The notes beneath the pieces are model-generated. The model searched no databases and had not been told where the DNA came from. It saw nothing but the letters and a program-made list of their open reading frames with translations. A stretch of DNA of 64,000 bases from NCBI RefSeq assembly GCF_964204645.1, contig NC_134034.1, forward strand, positions 4,872,914 through 4,936,913, written 5' to 3'. The stretch is from Tubulanus polymorphus (lineage: Eukaryota > Animalia > Nemertea). A program made the translations under genes and the position numbers. This document shows, piece by piece, positions 24,831 to 39,065 of the stretch (the first letter of the stretch is position 1; every line of letters begins with the position of its first letter).

Positions 24831-26544
24831 TAACATCACAAGGCCCAAACATCTTGAGGAAGCTAGCAGTATTTATTAACAAGAAAATCAATTTTAATGA
24901 ATTATTTGACGCCTGCGAAAAAAAATGTAGAATTTCTGAGATAAGCTAATGTGGAATTGCAAATTTGAAATCGAAGTTTAAAGAAATTTGGGGAGATATG
25001 AGGTTTGGGGATTGGGTAGATGATACAGGTCTTCGACTGGTCTAATAAAAGAAAAAAAAATCGTCAACTTGCGACCGACTTCGATTTGCCTCTAAGCTGG
25101 TATGCAACTTCATTGCCGCCATGGTTGAAGAAAGAGCTCTTCTGATGTCCGCTTCATCATGACTTCGAGCATATCGTGTAGCCAGCTGGCCCGGTCCCCG
25201 GGGCCCGGTTTGGTTGTCACTTGATATCCTAGTCTTGAGTGTGGGTTAAAGTAGACATTGTCATTTAAATAACTTATTTATGTTATTCCGTATGAATTAC
25301 CCGTGTGTCTTTGGTGTGTATTTTGTACATTCTTATTTTAAAATGTGTAACTTTATTGAATTTGGGAATTTTATCCCGGAATTTCAATGTAATATGGATC
25401 AATAAAGAATTGAATTGAATTGTCACCCAATACACATGCCATCAGTGGATGCGGAGCCGTAAATGACAGCTATGCTATTATAAATTGCTAAACTCATGAA
25501 ACCTGTATACCCCTAATATCGAACATATTTTCTAAAACATGTGAATATTGAAATAATATGTTAACACGTATTTATATCGACCGCTTGTAGCCGGCCCTAC
25601 ACAGATCGTAGATAGCTCCGTCATTCCACCAGCATCCCCATGTCAGGGTCTGACTTTTATATCAGACTTCCAAATCGTGTATACATCCGCCATTTAACCG
25701 AATAATCCGATTTACTTATCATTTCTATATATGCCTGCCGCTTCTGATATAATCATACATCCTTTACTATTACAATACGTCCTCTCATGATATTCAATGC
25801 AATACAACATTTTGACGTTCAAATAGAGGTCATTATACAATCACAGGAAGCCATTCTACATCTTTGTCTATAATATTTTGCCAAATAGCTTGTATGTGTG
25901 CACATAGACCAGTGACGTTTTGCACATCGATTTACGGTTGTCGTTTGTAAAATGACGCTGAATGGTTAACATTGTTTAGGTTTCATAATGGCTACGTTTT
26001 ATTAGGCGTCAAAAAGGCACATAGCCTCATCTAGCCATCGCTGTGCACACACGTTTTTAATTGCGTGTATAATGATACGTATAGAAGAAGAAACTGTCAC
26101 TGTACATTATAAATGCAACTGGAGGAACAGTAATTGTAAAACTGTAAATTGTTTATTTTTTTGTATCCTGTGCTCGAAAAAATTGTATAATTTCCGGAGC
26201 AATAAATTAAATCTGAATCTGAATCGATGATCCAGTTATCTATTTTTACTCATGTTTTAGACAAATAAGTGATTTTGTTTCTATAAGACTGATCCCAGGT
26301 CGTTATTTATATACTAAAGTATCATTTGGAAGGTAAATTTCAAAAAGTAGGAATTAGAGGGCACTTGACCCTAAAGGATGTTCAATCCTTTTTCGCCATG
26401 AATTAACTACAAAAATTATGTCCTGCATCAACCTAGACTGGTTTAGACTGGTGTCCAATGCACTGGCAGTCAACTGAAGGTAGATCGGCAACCAGTCTAT
26501 CATCAGTCTATCATCAGCCATCTGCTTTCTTGATAGTTTATTAG

Positions 26545-28669
26545 AGGCGTAATCGTTTATCTCGAATCGATTTAGTTTTGAGGTATTGCGCAATACATCG
26601 GTTTGACGATCAAACCTATTTCCGTTTAGCTGTTAGAAAAATCACCGGTTTAAAAATGGCGAACCACGAAAACAAAGATCTTATACTTTTCGCCATTTCG
26701 CCATGGAATTTTCGTCCGATAGTAACAGCGCATTGGTCAGAAATGGTCTCGAATCGCCGAAATCAGCCACTGATATACTCCTGCCATCAGAATCAACTAA
26801 ATATATTAAGCGAAGAAAACGACCTCGTGCTGAAAACTATGCGGAAGTGACCTGTCGATTGTACGAGCCAGACGAATTTAGTAGCAGATTCCGTTTAAAG
26901 AGACCAACTTTTATGAAACTAGTTGACTTGTTGGCGCCACACATTACGTATGAACGAGACTCATTTATTTGCATTGAAAAACGTGTCCTGATATATATTT
27001 ATTATGCTGCCACACCAACACCAATAATACGAATTGCTGATATCTTTAACGTTGCAGAGTCCACAGTTTTCGAAATAATCGGTAAGTAGGCCTACTGCAC
27101 AATATCAGAAGTCCCACATTATCTTTGTCACATAAGTTGTTTGAAATATTTCATTTTTCAGGATCCATCTCGTCGTTGATTAATAACCACCTGATGTCTA
27201 CATTCGTAAAATGGCCAACAGGACGTCGAGTACAGGAGGTGGTGGATGGTTTTTCGCGAAAGAAAGGGTTTCCTAAAGTCTTGGGAGCAATCGATGGAAC
27301 ACATATACGCGCTCCGATTAAAGACCCAGAAACGTATATCAATCGCAAGAAATTTCACTCAATTAACTGTATGGCTATTTGTGACCATGAACTATATTTC
27401 ACTGAAATATTCGTTGGTTGGCCAGGTTCCTCACATGATGCCAGGGTATATAGTAACAGTCCGTTCTGCGATTCGGTTGAAAATCCGACAATTCGATCAC
27501 AAATGTTTCCCGACAATAGTCATATTCTTGGAGACTCTGCCTACCCGTTAACAGATTTCATCATGGTACCATATAAAGACACTGACAACCTTAGCCGTGC
27601 TAAATAGGATTACAATTATAAGCAAAGTTCTACAAGAATGCCAATAGAACATGCTTTTGGTGTTTCGACGGGACGCTTTCGTAGGTTGAAATATATAGAC
27701 ATGATTGACATGAAGCGAATCGTTTCCTTCATTTCTAGTCTTTCGTTCTGCACAATATTTGTCTGACAAGCGAAGACGATTTATCGATTACTTGGAGGAA
27801 GGACTTGCAGAAGAAACTGTTCCTCAAATAGACAATGTAGTTCACATTGAGCGTCTCTCTCTGATTCCACTACCGTTTTCTTCAATTCTTCGATGGTCTC
27901 TGTATCTAAATGCAAATACATGTATAAGCTAAAAAACAAAATTTATGGTAGACAAATTTCTTTAAAAAAATCAATCCACTGTCCCTACCTAATGTTTATA
28001 CAAATGTTTGACATTGATTTGGCCAGGGTTGAATTGTTGACACTTACCATTATCTTGAACTTTGCTCCATATTGGTAAATCAACCACAAGACTGACAATT
28101 CGATCACCAAAATCTAATGATAATGGTCTCCACCAACCATTTTCCTGCCTACAAATATAATAAAGCCATTTTACGAACGTAAACTGTTTACGAAAAGACA
28201 AGTGACTGCTCATTTGTACATCAGATGTGATGAAGCGTGTTTAGGCCTACCACCACGCACGCATGTGATTGTGTAATGTGTGTGTGGTGACGTGATGGCC
28301 AAGTGAAGAATGAAGGAGAAAGTAGGACGAAGCACTGCATACATTTTTGCTAATTAATTATCAAAACACTGATATATGTATTATACATCTCAACACCTAG
28401 CTATTGAATATCACGCGAAAGTATAGAATAATACGATTATTTTAGTGAAATTACCGCGCAAACTTTCCATATCCGCCATTTTGCAAACGTCATCAAACCG
28501 ACCAAGTATACTCCGTAGCATACTTGGTCGGTTCAGCTATTCGTTTTAGGTTTGATGGTTAACGAATGAGTCGGTTTCGTCGAACCGATTTGGTTTCGAT
28601 GGTAAACGAATGCGTTTGGAGTAAACCGTCTTGAAAACCTAAACGGGTTTAGTGTAAACGAATACGCCT
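26545..28669 (+). mobile_element. PIF/Harbinger DNA transposon, internally deleted
   Basis: Imperfect TIRs AGGCGTAATCGTTTA... / ...TAAACGAATACGCCT flanked by TAG on both sides (26542-26544, 28670-28672); encloses a HARBI1-like transposase. Confidence 0.85.
26656..27800 (+). pseudogene. HARBI1-like DDE transposase with an 80-nt intron (27082-27161)
   Basis: FRLKRPTF, GAIDGTHI, GWPGSSHDARVY, ILGDSAYPL and IEHAFG motifs; the GTAAGT...TTTTTCAG intron joins the two ORFs in frame; frameshifts elsewhere. Confidence 0.88.
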
Positions 28670-30409
28670 TAGATGTTAAGAATATATAATAATGAGCGTT
28701 TGTTATATCTGTTATCATTAAACCCAAGCAGACACATCGAGAGTCGGCGGTTAATCGGGGTAACCCACCTTACTAGCCGCACCCAAAACATTCGAGCACC
28801 TGCAAGAGGCGGAACGGAGACGTCCTTCTCCCTTCAACCTGCCATTAATCGCTGGTTATCCAGTGGCGTCTTAGCCTGAGACGCGGGTCTTTCGTAGAAC
28901 ATCGTGTTTACGTTATCAGTATCGCAGGACTTATGCCATTAAACGAACTCATGAACCTGAATACACAGGAAGTTATTAACTTGGAACATATGAATGACTC
29001 AGGGCTTCTATGGATGTTCTTAAGATTGCTTCTTTGCGCTCACTGTTTTGATCTAATGTTTAACTCTCCCTTGAGGTTTGGGTTTGGGTTTCGGGATGTT
29101 AGTTTTGGGGTTTTATGGCTTGTCTATTCGGAGTGTTTTATGCGTTGCTTAGGTAGTACCGGTTTCTCCCCAAATCTATATATATTTCTGTAGTATGGGT
29201 CCTCACAAGGGGTTAAGAATATTATTCAATCCTCACCATGTGGCGCTGCGGACAGACCGAAGAAATCAGTTTGGCTTAGGTTGAGTTGGTTAGGTTAGCT
29301 CATCTTCACCCGTACGAGATACGAACCCGCCAAGCTTAAGTCGTTCCCCGGACCCCTTCACCTCGCGAGTCGTTAGAGTTGTTACTAGCCGACCAGAATC
29401 CGGTCGTACCAATCACAGCGCTTGTAACTAATGACATCAGAATTCTGTTGGAATTTCCGATAAATGGCTACTAGTACGCAAAAATGTTAAATTTGTCACG
29501 ATCTGTGCAGACCAACAAAGCGGACACCAAAGCACCAGAAATAAGACCGAGACCTCATGGGCCGTAAAATTAAGAAGCGCAATAAAAAGAATAGATCATT
29601 TGATAGATTAACAAAGAAATAGCTCTATAAGCAAAAGCGACTCAAGCCACATGCAAGAAATTGAAAGTAATTTGGATGCGAAATGGAGCAGTTACAATTA
29701 GCTGTGACACCAATTTATAAAGAGAAGCTATAAATTATTGTTTATTCCAAATTTAGTTAGATAGTGTGTAAATAGGAACAAAAAACCCAGAAAGCCCCCA
29801 AAAAAATTTACTATTTTGACCAGATTTTATTTATATCGGGAGACTTATTTGAGAAGCTTATGTTGGGTTAGGTTAAGTGAGCTGTACGCCGGTAAATCCA
29901 GCAACCTATTTAGCATATATTTGAGAGTATCATCGGATATTACTTCTTGCTCGAAATGTCTGAAACCACCCCACATAGATAGTTGCAATGATGAGTCGAA
30001 ACATGTCAATACTACGTAATAAAATTCCTACTTTTGAGGTCAGGAGCGCTTTCTAATCTTAACTTTATGCATCGTGTATCGGATCATCAAATCTGACTGG
30101 TGTGAATCTGTTTTAAATAACGCGATTTAATGTTATCGCAGGCGTTGCGAGAGAGACATGCCGGCAGATATGTCTATTTAACAGCCTGATCATTTAGAAA
30201 TTCTACTGACAAGGCACGGTTTGTTCTCGTTAGCCAAGCTGTTCCACGACTGCGTCAGTGTGTTCTGCCATCCGACCAGATACAACTAAATGTACTTGAG
30301 AGGTTGGTGGACCAAGACAATGTTTGGGCGGCGGTGGGTATGCACCCCAGTGTGTGCTGATGGGTACCGTGGGGAGCTTCCTCGCATCCAGAGGATGGTT
30401 CAGGTTGCC

Positions 30410-30690
30410 CTAAGGTGTTGGCTGTTGGAGAGAGTGTGGCTTGGACTACAGTGTTCCAAAGCAATGGAGTTCTGAACAGCATGAGGTTCGCGAAATCTTG
30501 TAGCTTTGTTATACGGAGGGGAAGACTTTGGTTGTATACACGAGGGAGAGAGATGCTGTCTGTGACTATATTACAATTATGCAACAGGAGGTGCCACGCT
30601 CTCACTCAGCACATGCATTGTTTCCCGAAGTGATGGGGCTTAGGAAAGCCCTATCACGATTATTTTACTAATTTCTGTTTTGGAGTTACA
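30410..30690 (+). repeat. Dispersed repeat with a residual Cys/His reading frame; second copy at ~45870-46130
   Basis: Shared RLWLxTRGR, RRCHAL, MHxFP and PYxDxFTN in both copies. Confidence 0.6.
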
Positions 30691-31344
30691 GGTGGTGATG
30701 GCTATTCCTTCCAGCGGTCGGCAGTAGTAGTAAGTATATGTCTTTCTGGAATGGTCCATTCCCTGTTATTAGTAATTAGAGACGTAGTATACAGACTATC
30801 CTTCAGGGAAAATTCGTGACGGCGCATTTTGACCGCCTTAACCCATTTTTAGCTAGCTACCATTGTCCTCCTGAAATTAGAGACGAGAGAAATACTGAGG
30901 TTAAGTCTAGAAATTCCGACTTAACCCGGTCGATGTATGCCTCGTCGGGTCCCATAGTTAATCGTTCGGGTCGTCACGTTAATCGACCCTCTCGTTCGAA
31001 TTGAGATCCCTTCGTAGAGTGTTTGTAAAGGTTTATTTTAGAGTGTTTCTAAGGGTATGTTCAATATATTGTTAAGTTGCGCTAATCATTCGAGTGTATA
31101 TATATTTGTAATTGATCGTAAAAATTGTGTTGTGGTTTCTTCTCTTTCTTGTCTCGTTATATTTCATTTCTTTGTTGAGATTTAATTTGTTCTTTCCTCC
31201 TTCCTAGTGAGAATGTTTTGAACTATTCTTCGCCCTCAATCTTTGTCCTTGACACCCATATTCGCACCTGGAGGTGTGTTCTGGAGTGAAAACACTTGAA
31301 ACATGTTCATGAACTTCGTTTTCTATTTTTGCATTTTAGTAAAT

Positions 31345-31600
31345 ATGGACGCCACCGATAAGTAATAGACCTGCCGCGACTGCGGGGCAAGCTTCAATGC
31401 AACATATCACCGGTGCAGAAATTCGAATTTCGTGCACTTGGAACCTATCCGGGAGAATGTTTTCTCATGTATACTGTGCAACTTCAGCAATCCGCGAGTT
31501 ACGCGGGTCATTATCCATATATTGTGGCCCCACAGCGAATATGTACGCAGCGAATGATGACACGGACTGGTATGTTCATGCGTGCTAGAGGGAGCTCCTA
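31345..31600 (+). pseudogene. Degenerate zinc-finger ORF of an unidentified repeat family; partial copies follow 34378 and 39066
   Basis: Manual translation MDATDK**TCRDCGASFNATYHRC...FSCILCNFSNPRVTRVIIHILWPH; preceded by a pyrimidine-rich TTTTAG acceptor-like site. Confidence 0.5.
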
Positions 31601-33739
31601 GCCTTTCGACGGCCTACTTCGTATCGGAATTCAGCCTGGGCGGACGTTGACAACGATCGCGACCAAACCCCCGAAGGGGATTGAGTTTATCCCTCCACCT
31701 CCGTCGTCGTGTAGACAAAACAGACGCCTACGTTGGCCGCAGACCATTGAGCTGCAGATTACACTGATCCCGTAGAACAGACAACACCGCGAAACCGATT
31801 GGAGATATGGATGGCCCTGGCACCGTTAGACATGCTCAGGAAATCCAAGGTCATCGAATCGAAGTCGCCATGCCGTCAAGGAAACCTCTCTCGCGTGCTC
31901 GGGTCACTCGTGTATTGTATTTTTCGAAATATTGTGGTCTAATCGATATTTCCGATATACGGTTCTTAATTACATTGTGCGCTCGGGGTGCTTTGTTTTA
32001 GGCAATTGGATGAGGTTACATCGCAACTTGGGCTCTTTAAAAGGCGCAAATGTGCTAAATTCATTAGTCTCAGCGAATCATACTTGGTGTGTGTTACTAA
32101 CATTATCGGGAAGGGATTAATCAAATTATCCTAGTAACTCATACTTGCACTGATCCCTCTTAGTTTAATATCATTTGTCCATATTCTCAAAGTTGTTCTC
32201 CTGCCACGATGACTTCGGAAAACGATCTTTCAGGGTTGATAAGGAGACTTTCTCCTTTGAGTTATACCCCGAAAGTTTTCTTTGCGATTTCGTTACTGGG
32301 GGTTTCCTTCAGCTTTTTAGTCTTTGATATAGGTCATTCATACAATAACTTTTCCCCTGAATTATATGTGTGTCCCTGAACTTTCATTTACGGACTACAT
32401 GGAACACGGCCTGGAAACTGAACGCAGTTCGTATTTTCTCCTCAGTGGGAAAGAAAGCTTTTAATTTTATAATTTCGCCTTCGCGTTCGCGGCCATCTCT
32501 ATTATTTTGCAAGCTACTCCGATACATATTGTTGGTATTTTTTTTTGGCTCCGAGCCGGTTGCGGTGCTCTTTGCTGGGCCAGTCGATGCACTCGTCTTC
32601 CGGCTCTTTGTTTAAGGTAATTGTTGATCCTGGGGGAAAAAGATTCTGATCCAGAACGGTCTTAGGGTAAGACGTGTGGATATTTTACTCCCTCTTCCGA
32701 CCGGCGGTGTCGCAGACCTACTCGTTGGAAGGCAAACCTCTGTGTCCTGAAACGGTCTCGCTCACTGTTTCTATTTACCGTCCATTTGATTTGGCCTAAT
32801 TATGCGAAATACCAGCGTCCTATCGCGTTTTCGTCTCCGGTTCCGTCCGAGGGCGCGTTACTACTGTATTTTATGAATTCACGTCTGATTACGTGAACTC
32901 CGGTTCTCCGTCGGCGTCCTATCGCGATTTCGCCCTCAGGCGCGCTATCAAATTATAGATGATACACAAAGACTCGTCCGACTTCATGCTAGGATTGTGG
33001 TCTCCTCGATCTTTAGACCCGTCCGTTGGTAGTAGAACCTTCTCGGACTACGACTTCTATTCGACATTTAACGAGAAAGGGATGATATTTGTAAAATGAA
33101 GTTCATTCCTAGATAATTTTCATTATTTTCTAAACAAAATCTGGCAAGATCGATTATTTATGTGTTTTAAACGTATTATTAAAGGCTGCGGGACTGTGTG
33201 TCCCCGTGAGACTGCGTGTATCTTTCGACTGTGTGTCATCAGCCTATAATCTCATTAATTATGACACTGTTTCGTACTGTCGTTGTAGATATACATCATA
33301 GAAATTTATAGTCATTTACGATCTAATTAATTAAATCCACTGCCGTGGACTTATGAATAAATATACGGGCATCTCCGATCTTAAGTCTTTGGGCTTTGGT
33401 CCGTTTGCCGAGGCATTCCAACCACTCATCAGATCTCAACTCATCCGCGCGGAAGCCCTCCTTCGAGGATTCGATCGAAAACTTAGCCATTTTCGAGAAT
33501 GATAATCTCCCTGACGGAAGTGGTGATCCACCCCTTTTCGGATTCCCTCCCAGAGTCTGCTCGACATCAGCGGACTCGTGTAGCGACGCCGATTGCCCCC
33601 TCGTTCCATGTTCACGCTACCACGAAGAACCACGTGACCGGAAGCTTGCGAACCAGTTTCCCTGAGGAGACTTTGTGTGGCGAGACGACACCCATGCGGT
33701 TGCTGTGAGCCCGCGCACTATTATTCCCCCATTACGCTA

Positions 33740-34335
33740 CACAATCATCCCGGTCACGTATCATTTCCAGGACAGACAATTTCGCAGCTGCACGGGTGCA
33801 ATAGTTGCAAAGACAACTTCGACCAACGCCACTAAACTATACAATTTCGATTTATAAATTCAACAGGTAAATTTTTTCGACGCCGTACAACCGTTATAAT
33901 AATGTTTACATCTATACCTAGTCTGCGTTGTATAAGGGGTTATGTGTGAGTCGATGTACACTGCATCGTCAATTTTGGCATTTGAAAAGAACATTCAGTT
34001 AATGAGTTTTGGCGCTTCCTTTGTAATTAGATATATTTCATAATTATTTTTTTTTTTATTTTTGATAGATCGTGACGATATTTTTTGATAGGATGTACCC
34101 TACGCGCGTCATCAACTTTCTATGAAAGTTCAACAAAACTTTTCCAATAATAAATTAATATAAAATTGAGCGGTATTCATCAATAAGTTCGCTCAGGCTT
34201 AAAAATTAAGAAGATTTAGCGATTGTCTCATCAGTAATCTTAGCAAAAGATATAATGTCAGCTCCCAGAGCTGGTTGATCGAAACCTTGGTTTTTCCTCG
34301 ATCTCTCGCCACTCGGTAAAGCGACCAACTTCTAC
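33740..34335 (+). repeat. Local duplication, second copy at ~36360-36935
   Basis: Colinear similarity starting at TCATCCCGGTCAC(G/A)TATCATTTCC in both places. Confidence 0.8.
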
Positions 34336-34344
34336 TACCAGAAT

Positions 34345-34980
34345 GTATTATTTTATACATTTACACTAACCGCTACAAGTGCAACCGTAGTGTAGAAATC
34401 GAATTTCTCGCACTGGGAACCTATTCCGGAGGAAGTCCAATCCTGTGTTGTATTTTTCGAGTTTATGTGCTTTAATCGTTATTCCCGTGCTTTAACTGAT
34501 ATTTTCGTGACTTAATCTATATTTTTGTGTTGTGCTTGGTGCTTGAGGTGGAGCCACTATACGGTTCTTAATAACATTGTATGCTCGGGTTGCTTTGTTT
34601 TAGCCAATTAGATGGGTTTACATCATACGATGGACCCTTTACAAGGCGCAAATGTGCTTGAATAATCAGTCTTGGTGAATTCAACTTGGTGTGTATTATT
34701 ACTAAGATTCGGACTATGGGGGAGGGATTAATTAAATTCTCCTAGTAATCTGCACTGATTATCTTTAGTTTAATATCTTTTTCCTTATTCTCAAAGTTGT
34801 TCTTCTGCCCAGATGTCTTCGGAAAACAATCTTTCAGGATTCATAAGGAGACCTTCTTCTTATTTATTATTCCCCCAAGTATTCTACTTTCCGGGTTTTT
34901 TTTCCTAAACGTTTTAGTCTTTGATAATATAGTTTATTCATACATAGCTAAAGAAATAAAAATATTATAGTGAGAATTCG
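34345..34980 (+). repeat. Local duplication, second copy at ~39030-39647; more diverged relative at ~31900-32345
   Basis: Both copies share the same LTR-end junction CCGCTACA|AGTGCAACCGTAG and near-identical downstream sequence. Confidence 0.85.
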
Positions 34981-37900
34981 TATCTACGTTGTGAGCACGG
35001 AAGTGTCCATTTGATAACATCAAAGACGCACACGTTTAATTCAACAAGCGTTATGTCTACACTTTTAGCTATCTGGTATCTTTATTACTTCCCAAGGCTT
35101 CTCGATGTTTTTGGTACAAAATGGACTCAATTAAAGGACAAAATGTTTAAATAAACCATCTATTCTTGTGGCCGGTTTGATATCACTTAAAAGCCATGGC
35201 AATTATAAATAACCTCGATGTTGTGTCTACCGTTCATTTGTTAAATATTCTATAAAGTGTTTTCTTGAAAAGGCACAAGAATGAAATACCTGTAGTACTG
35301 TATTCCTCTTGCGGGTGGCACAGGCTAATATGGCAACCTCTGCTCTCACCAGTTCATGATAGGCCTAATGGACATTCGTGATTATTGCCCACGGACTCAG
35401 ACGGTAGCACCGGCACTTTAAAACGTCTCTAGCAAATCAAAAAAGTAGAAAAGGGCACATTTCAAAACACAAGGCAAATACTTTTAACAAAAAGGGCACA
35501 TTCAGTCATCCACCAGATCAAAAAAAAACTTCTTTTGATTTTTTGAATCGGATAAATGAAGATTTGAAGAGGCTGAAATGGATATTTTCCGCGTTCCGAA
35601 GTGCATCTGCGAGTCAGTCAAATCGGCACATGGAAAGCGCTATAAATTTTATCATTTGCATTATAGATCATCGATTATTGAAAGTAAATGCCATTTAGAC
35701 AATTTTTTCCAATTCGGGTCTATCAATGACTCCTTCTTTGGTACTGCCCCAGGTAAAGGCGGTCGCTACTAATTTCTGTCTTCCGAAGGATATGGCGGTT
35801 TCAATGATATTGTAGAACTGGTATCTCTTGTACCGGTTCGTATTTTCAGTACGATTGGTTTGCACCCTAAGCGGCCTCCTTTTCTTCGGCGACACGATAT
35901 GTGAGACAGATTTTGGAGATGCTTTAACACCGTAGCGTTGTTGCAGTGGGTGAATGTGAAATATTAAGTCAAATTGTTAACTCCGTTTGTATGATTTGTA
36001 AATATTTTTAATTTTTGTAATTCTATTTTGTTTTTAGCATGGGTGCTAGCGTTAAGCAGCCTTTCTGACTTTGCTAGGCTTTAATGATTGAATTACGTTT
36101 TCGACACACAAAAACTTTGAATTGAATTGATATTTTGAAGCGCAATTCTACTTATTACATGGCCAGTTCATTTTCATTGTTTTACTTGCATTCGGCGCGT
36201 GGTTATTCTGAGCATTTCAAAAACTCTCATTTTTGTGTCTCTGGTTTTGTAGAATCGGTACCTAATGTTTCTGATGTTGCCCATTCCTTGCGATTGGAGC
36301 GTCTTTTGCTAGAGACGGAGCCCATATTTCGTACTAGCAGTGTATCTCGCGATGTATCTTTCATCATCCCGGTCACATATCATTTCCTGCACAGACAATT
36401 ACGCAGCTGCACGAGTGCAATAGTTGCAGAGACAACTTCGACCAACACTACTAAACTATATAATTTGGAATTATAGATTTCCATTGAATTTCTTTGACGC
36501 TGCACAACCGTTACAACAATGTTTACATGTATACATAGTATGCGTTGTATAAAGGGTTCTGTTTGAATCGATGTACACTGCATCGTCAATATTTGCTTTT
36601 CAATAGAACATACAGTTACGAGTTTTGGCGCTTCTTTTGTAATTAGATATATTTCATAACTATTATTTTATTTTTGATAAATCGTAATATTTATTTATTC
36701 AAGGATGTAAACTGCGTCATCAAGATCCTATGAAAGTTCATACTTTTCCAAAAAGAAATTACTATAAGAAATACATATGAGCGGTATTCATCCCCAGGCC
36801 TAAAAGTTAATAAGATTAAGCGATTGTCTTGGTAGTAATTTTAGCAAAAGATATTAGGTCGGCTCCCAGAGATTTATCAAAACCTTGGTTGTACCTCAAT
36901 CTTCCGCCACTCAGTAGCAACGACCAACTTCCGGTTTAGTTCCGGGTAGGTTTAATCTTGTTTACATTTGTTTAAGCCCCTTGTTTTTTTCCTTTTTATA
37001 TCGTTAATTGTTAAGATATCGCCCTAAAATCAATTTCTTTACATAATTGTTTCTTAATATCAATTATTCTTAATATAGCGTATTTGAGCGTAATCATGGC
37101 CACGAATTACTAGGCATACGAGCATTTAGTTCCCAACCGTAAGATGAGTGTGAGAGTATTTGAAAGTTTTTTTTAGAGCTTTCTCATATTTTTAGATAGA
37201 GCGTACACAGCGTATAGGATTATCAAACGTTTTAGCTCAGGTGAAAGAGAGTTTACAATAGCTTTATATCCGTGAACCATAACAGACGTGAAAATGCAAC
37301 CGCATAATTTGTGCAGTCATCTTTTTATGTCGCATCCAGTTCGACACAGATAGATAGCATGCAATGGTCTCTAAATAAGTCTCCGAAGCGTAACCTGCTC
37401 AATGTGTCAGCCTAGAGGTTATGTTGTCTCGGAGTAAATACGTATGTACATTTCAAGCCTAAAATGAGACATTCCAAGAACGATTGTAAGAATAGACGGG
37501 TTAAAAGGATGGATGAACAAAAAAACATTCCGATAGAGCTGAACTCTCTGCGTCACTGACATCGTTAAGAGCAGAACATAATGGCTTCATAAGAAATTTC
37601 ACACGATCTGTGCAGACCTACATGCATCCGAACTACAGGCAACAAAGTGCCAGAAATTAGACTGAGATCTCATGGGCCGTAAAAGTGGATCATTTGATAG
37701 AAAAACAAAATTAAATTTTAAACAAAATAAGCAACTATTAAGCCACAAGAGAAATGGAGCAGTTCCAAGCGAAATGGAGCAGTTACAATTAACTGCAACA
37801 CCAATTCATGAAGAGAACTTATACATTGTTGTATATTCCAAATTTAGATCACTTGAGAGAATAACGAAGAAAGAATGAGCAACTATCAAGCCACATGCAA

Positions 37901-38044
37901 TAAATTGAAAGTGATTTGCAAGCAAACAATGGAGCGGTTACAAATATCTGAGGTCCGTAACACCAATTCAAAAAGAGAAGTCAACCAGCTTTCGTAAAAA
38001 AAAAAAACAGTCAGCATAAATACCTAAACATCTTAAAGTACGGT

Positions 38045-39065
38045 ACAACGCTCGTCGTTAAATATTTGACGCTCCGTCGTAAACTACTTAATCGTTGATT
38101 AACGACAACGTTCGTCGTTAACTATTTGACGCTCCGTCGTAAATTTCTAAGCCGTTGATTAGCTGCAAGGCTCGTTTACTTAGACCTTATCGTAGATACA
38201 CGCCGGAGTCCGCCGCACCACCGCCTCTATTTTACGTTCGGTCGTCTCTTTTATATGTGTCTATACCAATGAATATGTCGAGGCTTTGCAAGCCAAAAAG
38301 GGGATATCTTTACATATCGAAATGTATAGAAACAAGTTATTATGCGTGCTGACGTGATGTCCTCTCGGCATCGAGAACGATAAATTTTGTATTATAAGAA
38401 AGTATATATTTGATCAATCGTACATACGTTCCAATCAAACTTCGAATCTTGCGTTTATTTGATTTGCTGGAACTGGAAGGAAGGATGAGGATTTCTGTTG
38501 TTTTCCTGCTGCAACTAATCCATTTAGTTTTACATGAGGATCATTCCCCTATTGACCGTCGGTACTGACAACACTTATGCATACGACTAGTTTGACAGAT
38601 CTGGCATGAGTCGCAATAAGCTCCTGAGATGACGGGGGACAGCTATGTGCGAGAGGGCACTTGGAATGGGGGAGCCATATCCGCCGAGTAATCAACACTG
38701 CGAGTTTCGTCCGAGAAACGTCCCTAAAGCGGATTATTCCGAGGAGAGCGGGTTGGGGGTCTGTATTGGCCACACAGATTAAGGCTACGTGGAGTAGGGA
38801 GGCGACTGTTTGGAGGAGAGCGTACTGCGTAAGCGCCCTTTTTAGCGACATTTTTCCTTAGAGGAACGAATTTTACATATTTCAAACAATTTACTTTCCT
38901 GGGGAAGGCAAGAGTCTATTTGCCGTATTCACTAACCGAGTGCGGTCGACCCAGGCGGACCCGTGTAGCGAGCGCCCCGGCACAGCAGAGTGACTACGAC
39001 TACGCTACCTATGGACAACTTCAGTCTTCAATTTATTATTTTATATATTTACACTAACCGCTACA
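38045..39065 (+). mobile_element. 3' part of an LTR of the same Gypsy family, with about two 59-bp units
   Basis: Colinear with ~51190-52208 and ends in ACCGCTACA. Confidence 0.88.

Larger units (their letters stand above)
19915..25422 (+). mobile_element. Near full-length decayed non-LTR retrotransposon, RTEX-like
   Basis: ORF1 and ORF2 remnants; ends with AATAAA and (GAATT)3 at ~25401-25422; YY1-like AACATGGCGG near the presumed 5' end, which is approximate. Confidence 0.82.
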
